A stretch of 63,418 nucleotides of DNA, filler included, from Octopus bimaculoides (lineage: Eukaryota), in NCBI RefSeq assembly GCF_001194135.2. It is 5 parts of 5 records of this genome, joined end to end, with 100 filler letters (N's around TTAATTAATTAA, not from the genome) between each part and the next. Parts side by side here need not be neighbours in the genome. Positions count along the whole stretch, not along the records: positions 23,117 to 35,073 come from NC_068984.1; positions 35,174 to 57,421 come from NC_069003.1; 3 more parts are not named here. The stretch is one strand, 5' to 3'. The position numbers and the translations under genes are program-made. Shown one piece after another: positions 24,575 through 37,170 of this stretch. Numbering within the stretch: position 1 is the stretch's first letter; each line of letters opens with the position of its first letter. The notes below the pieces were generated by a model. That model was not told the DNA's origin, searched no databases, and saw only the letters and a program-made list of their open reading frames with translations.

Positions 24575-24895
24575 TGGTCGATGCCAATGTCTCCTGACTG
24601 GCTCCTGTGCCAGTGGAATGTAAAAAGCATCATTCGAAAGTGGTCAATGCCAGGGCTCCCTAACTGGTTCCCATGGCAGTGGCACATAAAAAGCATCCAC
24701 TATGCACTCGGAGTGGTTGGCATTAGGAAGGGCATCCAGCTGTAGAAACCTTGCCAGATCAGATTGGAGCCTGGTGCAGCCTCCTGGCTTGCCAATCCTC
24801 AGTCAAACCGTCCAACCCATGCCAACATGGAAAGCAGACATTAAACAGTGATGATAATGATGATGATAATGATAATGATGATGATGATGATGACA
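24575..24895 (+). mobile_element. RTE LINE 3'UTR fragment with (GAT)n tail
   Basis: GAGTGGTTGGCATTAGGAAGGGCATCCAGCTGTAGAAAC...CCCATGCCAACATGGAAAGCAGACATTAAAC matches 49490-49650. Confidence 0.85.
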
Positions 24896-25477
24896 TAAAC
24901 ACAGGGTTTCTCTCTGTTGCCATACAATGTACACATGTGTGTTGTGCATAGTTCTTTTCATGCAGTATATTATATAAACATAGAATATAGTAAACAGCAA
25001 TCATCAAAGGCCTACCTTAATACTTTATCTGATTCATCCCCATACCCTGTTACTCTAACAGAACCCACATGACTTAAGGATAATGCATTTTCATCTCAGG
25101 GAGAACAATATTATCTTTGTAAAGAATCCATTCTTCCTTCTTACCCTCTTTATATTTCATATTTCATATTTTATGGGAAAATTATTGATCTTTAAATCTT
25201 GCAATTGCCATACATATGATCTGAAATACATAGTTCAGATTAGGTGCTATTTCAATTCCTTGTTTACAAATGTAACAAAAACTATGCCATGTTGTTATTG
25301 CTGTTTAATCCTGGCTCAACTTTGATCAAAGCAGATCTGAGATCAAAGATGATTCTGTTATGACCTTCCCACACATTGTATATCAGGGATTGGATTATTC
25401 AATGCATCCTTGTTTATTTATTGGTGGTTGGAAGCCATGTTCAATTTAGAGAAATTACAAATAAATGTATCACCGGC

Positions 25478-25680
25478 AGCAGCAGCAGCAGCAGCATCCA
25501 TCTTCCATGCTTGCATGGGCTGGATGGTTTGACAGGATCCAACAAGCTGGTGGACTTCATTGAGCTCCAATGTCAGTTTTAACATTGCTTCTATTGGTTG
25601 GATGCCCTTCCTTATGCAAACCACTTTACAGTGTTTACTGGATGCCATTTTTGCATTACACTGGCACTAGTGAGGTTGCC
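25478..25680 (-). mobile_element. RTE-type 3' tail fragment
   Basis: TTCCATGCTTGCATGGGCTGGATGG...GGATGCCCTTCC. Similar short tails at ~23345, 28858, 29780, 31050, 36170, 39640 and 53510. Confidence 0.75.
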
Positions 25681-25854
25681 AGAATCCTATGGAACAAACT
25701 TTACAATGTATTTTGTTTCTGTGAATGTTAGGAAGGAAGGGCCGAGCCCATGATTTTTACAGACCTACATAGACTTATGAGATTGATGTGGCTGATACCC
25801 AGCTGGTAAATAATGGCTGGAAAATAGATTGGGGTAAGGATGGAAATGAACTAT

Positions 25855-26248
25855 CAGATCTGAATCCTCACAGCAAAATAATCTGTAACAAGGAGTACAA
25901 GCCTCCACCAAGGCAATATCAACGTCCTCTTAACGATTAACCAAAGATGATTTTTAAAACGAGAATGTCTTATATAAACTCGACTGCACTCACAAATCCG
26001 AATTCTAAAAACGAACCCTACCGCTGTCAAAAACGAAGTAAAATAAACAGAAAAATAACTCAGAATCCTTGTCCGGTACCAGATCGATCCCAAAATCTAA
26101 TCAGTTCATGCTGGTCATGAGGCCAAACATCCCTGAAAGTTTCATCTGAATCCATTCAGTGGTTCTTGAGATATCTTGTCCATGGGCTAACAAACAAACA
26201 AACATGACTGAAACAATACCTCTGCCTTCTCTCAGGTGGAGGTAATAA
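25855..26248 (+). mobile_element. Helentron/HINE-like non-autonomous repeat, copy 1
   Basis: Colinear with 34320-34640. Has (AAAC)n and a sub-terminal hairpin ACCTCTGCCTT..AGGTGGAGGT just before the end. The superfamily call is inferred. Confidence 0.6.
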
Positions 26249-26899
26249 AGGCACTCATCAGTGGTGTTAAACAAGGTGATGTTTTCTACTTGAAGCTGTT
26301 TTACAGTATTTGCATAACCGACATTAACACTCTCCTTGTTAAATAGCATAAATTAATAGACGCTCATTTTCTCCAGCACTTCCTTGAAGTTAATAGGGCT
26401 TGTCATATAACAGACAGATACATATGGTTACTTATAATCAAGTAGGAAATACAGTTTGTATATCCATGTGTAGAACAGCTTGTCAGTGAATGATATTTCA
26501 TTAATGTCTAAGCAGCTGCTTATTTCAAGATTTCTACTATAAATAATCCATTGCTACCCATAAATAAATTGATGCCATCATGGATAATTTAGATGAAATT
26601 TAACCTAACATGAAAGCAAACCAACATTTAAGGGAAGAAAATACCTAAAGAATAAAATTCATTTCGGATATAACATCATTATTTTTAATATTTGTAATTT
26701 TGTAGCAATATTAATAATATAATTATATTAATATATAACTATGTATGTAATTTTGTAGTTGTGCTTAGCTGACCACAGTCTCTTTTCTTGTGGATTTATT
26801 AAATTTAGAATGGTTCATAATTTGTTATGCATGCTGTGTCCTTTCTATGAGTTGGCTGGAAACCAAATATACACATTCAATTTATTGTAGAAAGATATC

Positions 26900-27150
26900 A
26901 TCTTCTTCTCCTCATTCTTCTTCTTCGTTTTTTCTTCTTCTTCTTCTTTTTCTTCTTCTTCTTCTTCTTCTTCATCTCATTCTTCTTCTTCTCCTCATTC
27001 TTCTTCTTCTTCTTCTTCTTCTTCTTCTTCTTCTTCTTCTTCTTCTTCTTCTTCTTCTTCTCCTCCTCCTCCNNNNNNNNNNCTTCTTCTTCTCCTCCTC
27101 CTCCTCCTCCTCCTCCTCCTTTATCTCCTCCTCCTCCCTTATCTCCCCCC
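26900..27150. repeat. (CTT)n/(CCT)n repeat
   Basis: Directly visible. Confidence 0.95.
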
Positions 27151-27544
27151 CCCATCTTTGTCATTACCATCCTCCTCCTTCTCCAACACACCCACTTCCT
27201 ACAGCTTCCCGTCTTTTAATTTACTTTATTGAATTTAAATTTTGAGATTTTCTCCCTTGTCCTTTTCTTTTTTTGTTTTGCCCAAAATTAATAAGTAAGC
27301 CAACGGTTCCTTTCTCCTCGTTAAGGGCTTAATTCCTATTAATTAAAATATGACTCATGTCATTAACGTTTATTACAGACTTCACTATGAAATAATTAGT
27401 TTGCTAATGAAAAACTTTTTCAGAAAAATATATATTTAATAAACAACTATTTAAATCAATAGTAATTACACAAGAAGTAATAAAATAACATAAACTAATT
27501 AAAAACTATACTACCATTCTCTAATTAATGAACAAGTAACAGAG

Positions 27545-27700
27545 AGCCTCTATGGAATTGTGTGACTTGTTAAAAATAGCAGCTAAATTCACTCAGATCG
27601 CTCTCTGCTGTCTTATAAAAAAAGAATGATGTACTGGATAATGTGTCTTATCATATTCCCTGCTCACATAGAAGGGACAAGGGTTAAATAATAAGAACAA
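27545..27700 (+). mobile_element. Degenerate interspersed repeat family F
   Basis: Shared motif TTG(C/T)TA(G/A)AAATAGCA also at ~33595, 47185, 50440 (reverse) and 53275. Class not determined. Confidence 0.5.
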
Positions 27701-27770
27701 CCCTCATGAACATCGAAATGGAAACTGTAGTCTTCATTTTCATAATGTTAACATATTTTATGCAAATTAG

Positions 27771-27801
<31 letters not shown>

Positions 27802-27964
27802 ATGATGCATATGTATATACTCATATAGTCATTATACTCAGAAGCTTGCTTGATATGTTTGTACAGGGGGAATATTTACAGAAGTGATTTGCTTCTTCAA
27901 GAGGATGCCTGAGCATGGCTAATGATTACTAATTGATGAACATTAATAATGAACCTCTTAATTA

Positions 27965-28365
27965 ATATGGTTTCAAATTTTGGCACAAGGCCATTAATTT
28001 AATGAGAGGGGATAAGTCGATTACATCAACCCCAGTGCTCAACTGGTACTTATTTTATCAACCCCAAAAGGTCCTTCTTCTTCTTCTTCTTCTTCATCAT
28101 CTTCTTCATCTTCTTCATCATCTTCTTCATCATCTTCAGCATCATCATCCTCATCATCTTCATCTTCTTCTTCAACATCATCATCATCATCTTCTTCAAC
28201 ATCAACATCATCATCATCTTATTATTCTTCTTCTTCTTCTTCAAGAGGGTGCCTGAACAGCGGCTAAGTCAACCTTGGTGGGATTTGAACTCAGAATGCA
28301 AAGGTGGATAAAATGCTGTTAAGCATTTTGCCCTGCATGCTAACAGTTCTGCCAGCTCATCACCT
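27965..28365 (-). mobile_element. SINE family A split by a (CTT/CAT)n-tailed insertion
   Basis: 3' half at 27965-28071 and 5' half at 28262-28365, with CpG decay (GTCAACCTTGGTGG for GTCGACCTCGGCGG). Confidence 0.8.
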
Positions 28366-28569
28366 AACCTGAAATACATAATATGGAACTTTGTTGAACT
28401 TCAGTCCTTAGTCATTTAGAAAACATGCAAACCTAAATCATAAAATATATAATTATAAAACTTACCCCTCCTCTCTAAAATAACTGGATTTGAGCCCAAA
28501 TTGGAAAAAATATTATTAGTACTATTATCTTAATACGATATATCATGATATTATTATTATTTTATTGTC

Positions 28570-28850
28570 TTTGCACAGCTTCTAATGCTGGAGATGTATT
28601 ACAGTGTCAGCTGTTCACTACCAGTGAACTAAGGTAACACCTCTTATTTTTTGAGCACCATCCGGAGTATTCGAGCGGTAAGATTCTTTGCAGTGTCTGT
28701 TCCAGTTCCCTGTGTTCTGACAGTAAGGCCTGCGATAACATTCGTGCCAAACTGTATCAGCCTTCACTGTCGTACAAGAGGTGTTCTTCATTTCCAATTT
28801 TCTGTGAAAAGATGTATGGCCAGGAGGAAATATTACCTTGCTTAGAAAAA
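28570..28850 (-). mobile_element. RLE retrotransposon 3'-terminal remnant
   Basis: Minus strand encodes TARILRMVL, the typical (LG)TARILRxVL terminus. Followed on the element strand by an (AAT)-rich tract at ~28550. Confidence 0.55.
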
Positions 28851-30522
28851 AAAAAGCGAAGTTTGGTGACAGGAAGACCTCAATGAATTACGTCTGACCC
28901 ATGCGAGCATGGAAAAACAGATGTTAAACTGATGATGAAGATGATGATGATAACGAAATGACTGAAACATTTGTCTATCACATGCAAGGTGGGGCAATGA
29001 AACATTGTCTGTACTCCTCTGTCAACAAATATTTTGTTAAGAGATTTAAAGAAAGTCTTCTTGTTTGACATTAGCTGTCAAGCTAAAAATATTTTCACTT
29101 TGCTTTAATGCATTACATGCTTAATATAAACAGGATTAAGTGAATTTCTAGGAAATCAGAAAACAAATTTGATCACTCAATTTATCATGTCTTGTGGAAA
29201 TATTAAGCATAATTTCAATATTTTCCTTAATTTCTTCCATAATTCTAATTCTATAATCACAGAACAGACATGCACACGCACATTCAAAAAATTCTCTAAA
29301 GCATAAAATAACAAATAAGATAAACTTAAGGGAAAATCACTGCCACAAAGAAATTGACAATTTTATGGTGGAAATATTTCCATTAGGTATTTGTTTGTTA
29401 TATTACATCTCTTATGCCCAGCTGACATGGCAATGATTTAATAATCAAAAGAAAATTTGGCTGCGATACTCCACTTACTTTCAGAAGCTTCCATCTTCAC
29501 TTTAACCAATATTATTTTCTGTTCCTTTTTTTTTTTTTGCCAATTGAGAAGCAATTTACGAACTGTTTAGTTCAAAAGTCAAGAGGGAAGTTGATTTTTG
29601 TCCAAAATTTAGCAGTTTTACCACCAATTTTTAATAGCAAGAGGCCGTCAAAAGTGCCGGCAGACTGGGAAAAGGAACCTGGTTGAGTGCATGCATGTAT
29701 CACGTGACAGAGGAAACTGGAGAATTTAATAAGCTGACCCTTGGACACAGAAAGGGCACCTGGCTGATAAATATGAAAGAATCGTCATCGCCGTCATCAT
29801 CATTTAACGTCTGCCTTCCATGCTGGCTAGTAAGTATATTATTAGAAGAGATAGGGCTGAGTGCTCATGACTAAGAGTGGGTGATGGTGAAAGAAAAGAA
29901 GTTATCCTCAGGTTGAAGACCTGGCCCAACTATTTCCATGAGACTTGACTCTGTTAAAGGTATCCATAAACTAAGGACTGATGTTAAACCAGGTGAGGGA
30001 TGGGGGTTTAATTCTATTAAATTCCATTCACAAGGCTTTGGTAAACCTATTGCTATAGTATAAAAAACTTGTCCAAGGTGCTGTGTAGTGGGATTGAACC
30101 TGAAACCATATAAACATAAAACAAGCCAGCAGCTATTTAGATTAGGCAAGATTGGTTTTTGTAAATTTATGCTTCTGTTTAGTTCCCCTTATGGAGCATT
30201 TGAAAGCAGCAAATATTTAAATTTGAATGTTCCACAGCCAAGAACAGATTAAACTTGAATTATTTTCCTTTTATGGTCTGTAAAATAAGAAATCACAGCT
30301 TGTCTCACATTTGTATCTTAAATGACTTTCATACATTTGTCCAATTTGAATAAGAATATCATTTTATGATAATTCAATTTAAATGCAGATCACTTGTCTA
30401 CATTTTTTGCCTATTATATTGGAGACAAAGAACAACTATGAGCTCAATATGAGCTTGTAATATGATATGACATTTAATTTTTATTGTGTGAAACTATCGG
30501 CAGTATTCTGATTTGTAAAAGT

Positions 30523-30760
30523 AATGGCCTGATGGTTTAGGTATTGAACTCATGACTGTTAGGACATAAGTTCGATTCTCAGGTTGGGTGGTGTGTTATT
30601 TCCTTGTGTAAGGAACTTCATATCACATTATTCCAGTACACCTGCCTTCAAGTGCGTATCTAACCCTACAATAGATTGGTGCCCCATTCAGGGTGGACTC
30701 TTGTACCCTCAGCCTAAATACTTTGAAAATCTGGATGAGCTCTGGCCTCGAGTCTTTTAA
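30523..30760 (+). mobile_element. SINE family C, degenerate
   Basis: ATGGCCTGATGGTTTAGG (A-box-like), GTTCGATTCTC (B-box-like), body resembling 57100-57335. Confidence 0.55.
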
Positions 30761-31337
30761 GCTCAAAACAGACTTTAAATGGTCTGATTAGAAAAGGAAG
30801 AAGTCTCATAAAAAAACAATTACAATAGTGAAAATCCAGGATTCAGCTAAATTCAGTGAAACTAAATTAATCTCAAGCACTTTGCTCAAAATTTTACAGG
30901 CTTTTTGTAATCTATTGAGTATGATTTTTTCCTCTCATACAAATTAATAAGTAATGATTGGATGGTTAAACAAACGGCAAAATCACCAACAAAGATTATT
31001 AGCTCAACTTGAAATAGTCAACTAAACAAAACACCTCCTCCTCGTCATCACCGTTGTCGTCGTCGTCATCATTTAATGTCTGTTTTCCATGCCGACATAG
31101 ATTGGGCAGTTTGGCAGGAGGGGCTGGTAAGCTGGAGAGCTGTATTAGGCACCAATTGTCTGTTTTGGCATTGTTTCTATGGCTGGATGCCCTTCCTATT
31201 GCATATAAAAAACTTATATTACTATATTATTATTTAGAAATAAGAAAGGCATTTTAATAAGTGACTTAATAAGTATTCCAGGCTGGAGAGAGGATTCACT
31301 TGGAGTAAATTCATATGATGTCAACATTATATTATAA

Positions 31338-31546
31338 AGGCGAGCTGGCAGAACTGTTAGCATGTCAGGGAAATGCTTTCATCTGTCTTTATGTTCTAAG
31401 TTCAAATTCCGCTGAGGTCGACTTCACCTTTTGTCCTTTTGGGGTCGATAAATTAAGTACCAGTTGTATACTGGAATCGATCTAATCAAATGGCCCCCTC
31501 TGCCAAAATTTCAGGCCTTGTGGCTAGAGTAGAAAAGAACATTATA
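31338..31546 (+). mobile_element. SINE family A
   Basis: GGCGAGCTGGCAGAA head and GAGGTCGACTTCACC...GGGGTCGATAAATTAAGTACCAG body. Confidence 0.88.
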
Positions 31547-31689
31547 TTATAAAAATGTGGGATTTAACCCCAAACCACACAGAAGTAAAGAGGACTCCTA
31601 ATCACATATTATATTCCAAGAAGTGCATGGCCAAACAACCTAAGCATGGCAAACAAAATCATGGAAAAAATAGTGAAACTGCTAGGAAT

Positions 31690-31850
31690 TTTCCAACGCT
31701 CTAGAAGAAAATGAACCTGTATGTTAATGCTTTTTCTATGGCTTATCTTGTGGAATCTAACTTTAGCTGAGTATGATTTATCTAATTTCAAAACATTGGT
31801 GTTGAAAGAGAGAGGAACTTTATTTGTCCCGAACAACACTGCAATGATAT
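31690..31850 (+). mobile_element. Possible highly decayed hAT transposase C-terminal fragment
   Basis: NLYVNAFSMAYLVESNFS* resembles the hAT dimerisation motif (F.(S/T)SYL.E.GFS). Short, with stops. Confidence 0.3.
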
Positions 31851-31864
31851 TCTTTTTAGTCTTT

Positions 31865-32700
31865 TCTTTCTTTTATTTGTTTCAGTCATTTGACTGCGGC
31901 CATGCTGGAGCACCGCCTTTAGTTGAGCAGATCGACCCCCGCCTCCAGGACTTATTCTTTGTAAGCCTAGTACTTATTCTATCGGTCTCTCTTGCCAAAC
32001 CGCTAAGTGATGGGGGACATAAACACACCAGCATCGGTTGTCAAGCGATGTTGGTGGGGACAAACACATACACACAAACATCATATACATACATACATAC
32101 ATACATATATATATNNNNNNNNNNNNNNNNNNNNNNNNNNNNNNNNNNNNNNNNNNNNNNNNNNNNNNNNNNNNNNNNNNNNNNNNNNNNNNNNNNNNNN
32201 NNNNNNNNNNNNNNNNNNNNNNNNNNNNNNNNNNNNNNNNNNNNNNNNNNNNNNNNNNNNNNNNNNNNNNNNNNNNNNNNNNNNNNNNNNNNNNNNNNNN
32301 NNNNNNNNNNNNNNNNNNNNNNNNNNNNNNNNNNNNNNNNNNNNNNNNNNNNNNNNNNNNNNNNNNNNNNNNNNNNNNNNNNNNNNNNNNNNNNNNNNNN
32401 NNNNNNNNNNNNNNNNNNNNNNNNNNNNNNNNNNNNNNNNNNNNNNNNNNNNNNNNNNNNNNNNNNNNNNNNNNNNNNNNNNNNNNNNNNNNNNNNNNNN
32501 NNNNNNNNNNNNNNNNNNNNNNNNNNNNNNNNNNNNNNNNAAATATACATATATTACAGCAGGCTTCTTTCATTTTCCGTCTACCAAATCCACTCACAAG
32601 GCTTTGGTTGGCCTGAGGTTATAGTAGAAGACACTTGCCCAAGGTGCCACACAGTGGGACTGAACCCGGAACCATGTGGTTGGTAAGCAAGCTACTTACT
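31865..32700 (-). mobile_element. SINE family B spanning an N gap in its internal microsatellite
   Basis: The 3' part (31865-32114) and 5' part (32541-32700) both match 14776-15191. Confidence 0.9.
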
Positions 32701-32762
32701 TCGTGCTGAAGAAAGTATCAATCATAAGAATTGTGATAGTTTTGATATATTTTGTTTTTAAA

Positions 32763-32989
32763 AATTCCTTTCTACTCTAGGCACAAGGCCTGAAATTTTT
32801 TGGGAGGGGGCTAGTCACTAGTCAGTTAGCTCGACCCCAGTACACAACTGGTACTTAATTTATCAACCCTGAAAGGATGAAAGGCAAAGTCAAGCCTGGC
32901 AGAATTTGAACTCAGAACATAGCAGCAGGCGAAATATTGCTAAGCATTTTGCTCGGCATGCTAACGATTCTATCAGCTCACAGCCTTAA
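32763..32989 (-). mobile_element. SINE family A (CpG-decayed)
   Basis: GGATGAAAGGCAAAGTCAAGCCTGGCAGAATTTGAACTCAGAAC. Confidence 0.88.
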
Positions 32990-33299
32990 GGATTTTTAAG
33001 GATTGAAAACCCATTTTTACCCCTGGGAAGAGGTGGTCCATCTCAGTCTCAATCCTATCCTTTGGCCCATCCAGCATGGGAGGTCCTATCAAGAACTTGA
33101 GGTCCACTGGCATCGATCTTAGAGTTATTGAGGCACATACATTAGCACACTGCCACAAGAACCGGACCCTGTGGTGGCTATTCTGATACTACAATAGCCT
33201 AATTTAGAGCTGTTTCTGAGGCTGAGATCGGTTCCCAAATAACTTCACTTTTGATAAACCACAAAAATACACAATGTAAGATTTGCTTTAGTCTATTCC

Positions 33300-33518
33300 T
33301 TTTGTTCTTAAATTTGTTTCAGTCATTTAACTGTGGCCATGCTGGAGCACTGCCTTTAGTTGAACAAATTCACCCCAAGACATATTCCTTGTAAGCCTAG
33401 TACTTATTCTGTCAGTCTCTTTTGCCAAACTGCTAAGTTTCGGGGACATAAACACACCAACATCAGTTGTCAAAGTGATGGAGTGGGGTCAAACACAGAT
33501 ACACACACAAATATATAC

Positions 33519-33555
<37 letters not shown>
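33300..33555 (-). mobile_element. SINE family B, 3' half
   Basis: TTGTTTCAGTCATTTAACTGTGGCCATGCTGGAGCAC...GGGGACATAAACACACCAAC. Confidence 0.85.
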
Positions 33556-33559
<4 letters not shown>

Positions 33560-34319
33560 ATTTAAAATGCAGAGATGCCTATAATAGGACATCTACTCGC
33601 TAGAAATAGCAGCAAAAGACTATATACCACAAAAATTAGGGACAATTTCGAAAGGAAATGAAAAATAAAAACTTTTACCAATCTATATTCCGTACCACGG
33701 CNNNNNNNNNNNNNNNNNNNNNNNNNNNNNNNNNNNNNNNNNNNNNNNNNNNNNNNNNNNNNNNNNNNNNNNNNNNNNNNNNNNNNNNNNNNNNNNNNNN
33801 NNNNNNNNNNNNNNNNNNNNNNNNNNNNNNNNNNNNNNNNNNNNNNNNNNNNNNNNNNNNNNNNNNNNNNNNNNNNNNNNNNNNNNNNNNNNNNNNNNNN
33901 NNNNNNNNNNNNNNNNNNNNNNNNNNNNNNNNNNNNNNNNNNNNNNNNNNNNNNNNNNNNNNNNNNNNNNNNNNNNNNNNNNNNNNNNNNNNNNNNNNNN
34001 NNNNNNNNNNNNNNNNNNNNNNNNNNNNNNNNNNNNNNNNNNNNNNNNNNNNNNNNNNNNNNNNNNNNNNNNNNNNNNNNNNNNNNNNNNNNNNNNNNNN
34101 NNNNNNNNNNNNNNNNNNNNNNNNNNNNNNNNNNNNNNNNNNNNNNNNNNNNNNNNNNNNNNNNNNNNNNNNNNNNNNNNNNNNNNNNNNNNNNNNNNNN
34201 NNNNNNNNNNNNNNNNNNNNNNNNNNNNNNNNNNNNNNNNNNNNNNNNNNNNNNNNNNNNNNNNNNNNNNNNNNNNNNNNNNNNNNNNNNNNNNNNNNNN
34301 NNNNNNNNNNNNNNNNNNN

Positions 34320-34640
34320 GTCCTCTCAATGATTAACCAGAGATGATTTTTAAAATGAGAATATCTGAAATAACTTTGACTGCTCTCACAAACGAGAACA
34401 CTAAAAATGAACCCAACTGTTCTCAAAAATTAAGTAAAAAAACTGGAAAAATAATCCAGAATCCTTGTCCAGGACCAGATCGATCCCAAAATCTAATCAG
34501 TTCGTGCCAGTCATGAGGCCAAACATCCCTGAAAGTTTTGTCTGAATCCATCCAATGGTTCTTGAGATATCCTGTCCATGGACAAACAAACAAATATGAC
34601 TGAAAACAATACCTCTGCCTTCGCTAAGGTGGAGGTAATT
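34320..34640 (+). mobile_element. Helentron/HINE-like non-autonomous repeat, copy 2
   Basis: Colinear with 25915-26248; hairpin ACCTCTGCCTT-CGCT-AAGGTGGAGGT at 34611-34636. Confidence 0.6.
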
Positions 34641-35073
34641 ATCTCACAAATGACATTCACATGAAAGACAGTTTTGCAAAGCGAAGTGATTCTCTCATCA
34701 CTGCTTCAGCGAGTACAGCGAAATCTATGCATTGCTGATGAGATCATAATCCAGTCCAGTGTTACCTTCCATACATACCAAAATTAATGCATATTAGTTA
34801 TCAACAAATGCTGTGTTCTTCTCTTTGTTAGCATTTTAATGCTGTCTGTATCAAATATGCTTAAAAAATGTGACTTTTTTACAATTAGACTGTCTTAAAG
34901 ACTGCTGCATATTATTGGCATGTAGTTGTAAAAATTGTCAGTTTGGTTATGTGATGGGAAGAATAACAATATTTAAATTTGTAACCTCTAAGTCAAACAC
35001 ATTGATTTTTTTTATCAGTTTATGTCATTTAAAAAAAACAGAAAAATTACAAAAGGCAAAACTCCCCACAAAA

Positions 35074-35173
35074 NNNNNNNNNNNNNNNNNNNNNNNNNNN
35101 NNNNNNNNNNNNNNNNNTTAATTAATTAANNNNNNNNNNNNNNNNNNNNNNNNNNNNNNNNNNNNNNNNNNNN
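35074..35173. other. Artificial 100-bp scaffold linker
   Basis: 44 N + TTAATTAATTAA + 44 N. Confidence 0.97.
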
Positions 35174-35267
35174 GTTGGTATCCTTGTTTGTCTATGTGAT
35201 GCAAGCTCTCTGTTTGAAAGTTGACACTGGGTGCTTACTATAGTCTAGTGTAGGTGGATAGGTAGGT

Positions 35268-35600
35268 AGATTGGTTGATTGATAGACAGATTGGTTGATT
35301 GATAGACAGATTGGTTGACTGATAGACAGATTGGTTGATTGATAGACAGACTGGTTGATTGATAGACAGATTGGTTGATTGATAGACAGATTGATTAATT
35401 GACAGACAGACTGATTGATTGATAGACAGAAGGGTTAGTTGATTGATAGCTTGACTGATTGAGAGACAGATAGGTAGATACATCGATTGATAGAGAGATA
35501 GATTGATTAATATACCAGTAGACTGATTGATACACAGGTCAATTGATGGACAAATGGATTGAAAGATAGTTACACGGCTACACAAACCGATTGATAGACA
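35268..35600. repeat. 20-bp minisatellite (GATTGGTTGATTGATAGACA) decaying rightwards
   Basis: About 8 recognisable units, then degenerate GATA/GACA sequence. Confidence 0.9.
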
Positions 35601-36967
35601 GATAGACAACTGTCAGCACGTATTGTCATCGTGTTTGCTCAGTTAGTAAAAACTACAGAGCTAATTTAAACAATCTTAGTTTAAACTTACACTACACAAC
35701 AATTATTTTCGTTTCACAGAGCATCAACAACACCACTACCACCACCAACAACAACAACAACAGCAATAAAAGGCAAAATAGAAACAAAAAAAAAAAAGAA
35801 ATCAATAGTTTGCCCTGATTTCGGTTCATTTATACATTTAAACTGATAGAGCCAACTAGTAACATGTCTCTATCACCTGCCCCATCATCTCTGCCTTGCC
35901 CTTCCCCCTACCCTCTATTAGTATCCACACACCCCCACACCCCTGTTTTGATGGCCTTCCTAGCAATCTAAACAAAAATTCCAAGCTTTGTTGGGACACT
36001 GGTTGTTTAGTGTTAATTAAAGAGTGTTCTAGTTTGCATGGATGCTCAAATTTTATAATGCTAGATGTCGGTCAGGTAATAACAGTTGATTACCATTGTC
36101 AAAACTCTGTGTGTATGTGTGTGTTTTGTATTTATTTTGTGTGTGTGTGTGCACATGTATTATATATATGTATATATAGCATTAGGAAGGGTATCCAGCC
36201 ATAGAAACCATGCCAAAACAGACAATGGTGCAGTCCCGTCAAACCATCCATCCCATGCCAGTATGGAAAACAGCCGTTAAATGATGATGACAAATGATGA
36301 TGACAAATGATGATATGTGTGTTTATACAGGGTGGCCCAAAAGTCACAAAGGTGTTAATAATTCATTTATGCTGTTTTAAATTTATGATAACTTAGCACC
36401 AGAAACAGTATATATACATACATATATATAGAATATAAATAAGTAACAAAGATGTACATCTATGTTACTTATTTATATTTTGTTCACCTAACTTGGAATC
36501 TGCACTTCGGAAATACTATAGAAAGTACATGTCTAAATTACCAAGAGCAGATATCTTCACTTAGCTGGGTTGTGTTGTCTACTCACACGACAGGAATATT
36601 GGGTACAAATACCCCTATATGAAGTCTTGATATTCAATATTCAAATAATAATGTTGGAGTTTGCAGATTATACCGAACTAGCAAAGTGCCTCAATTTAAG
36701 TACTTAATTCAACTGAATCTTAATTATATATTTTTTTTTTATATAAAAATTGCCAAAATTTGAAACCATTTGAAATGGTAGTGTGTGACTTGAGAGACTT
36801 TTTGTTGCTTTTCTTGCATGTTTTAACTGCCATTTAGACTCTCTGTCCTTTGATGGTATTATTGAGCTGTATTATTGAGCAAACGTAATATCAGAGGACC
36901 TCCAACTGTGACCATCCTATCATTTTATGCTTATATCAGTGAATAAATCATTTCATCCAACGTTTCC

Positions 36968-37170
36968 TTTAGCATTCAGATTACTCTATCAAATGTAATA
37001 TTTATTCACATTGTTTTGAATTAATCAAACATTATCTCATGGCTTCAGGATTTCAATAATGTCATTGTTTATTTTTAGAATGACATTGTAGGGTAGGTGT
37101 GAGAGGCCAAATCTGATCAGTTTGAACATAAAAACAAGTAGAATATTTGGGCTGGATATGCAATAGGGAT
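36968..37170 (+). mobile_element. piggyBac-type MITE arm
   Basis: CCTTTAGCATTCAGATTACTC...GTAGGTGTGAGAGGCC matches 42171-42372. Confidence 0.7.

Noticed and set aside
31721-32686. Longest ORF (321 aa) and the other long X-filled ORFs (7815, 18748, 33562, 40408, 47586, 48826 etc.)
   Set aside because: They are open only because N runs contain no stops; the flanks are SINE or microsatellite sequence.
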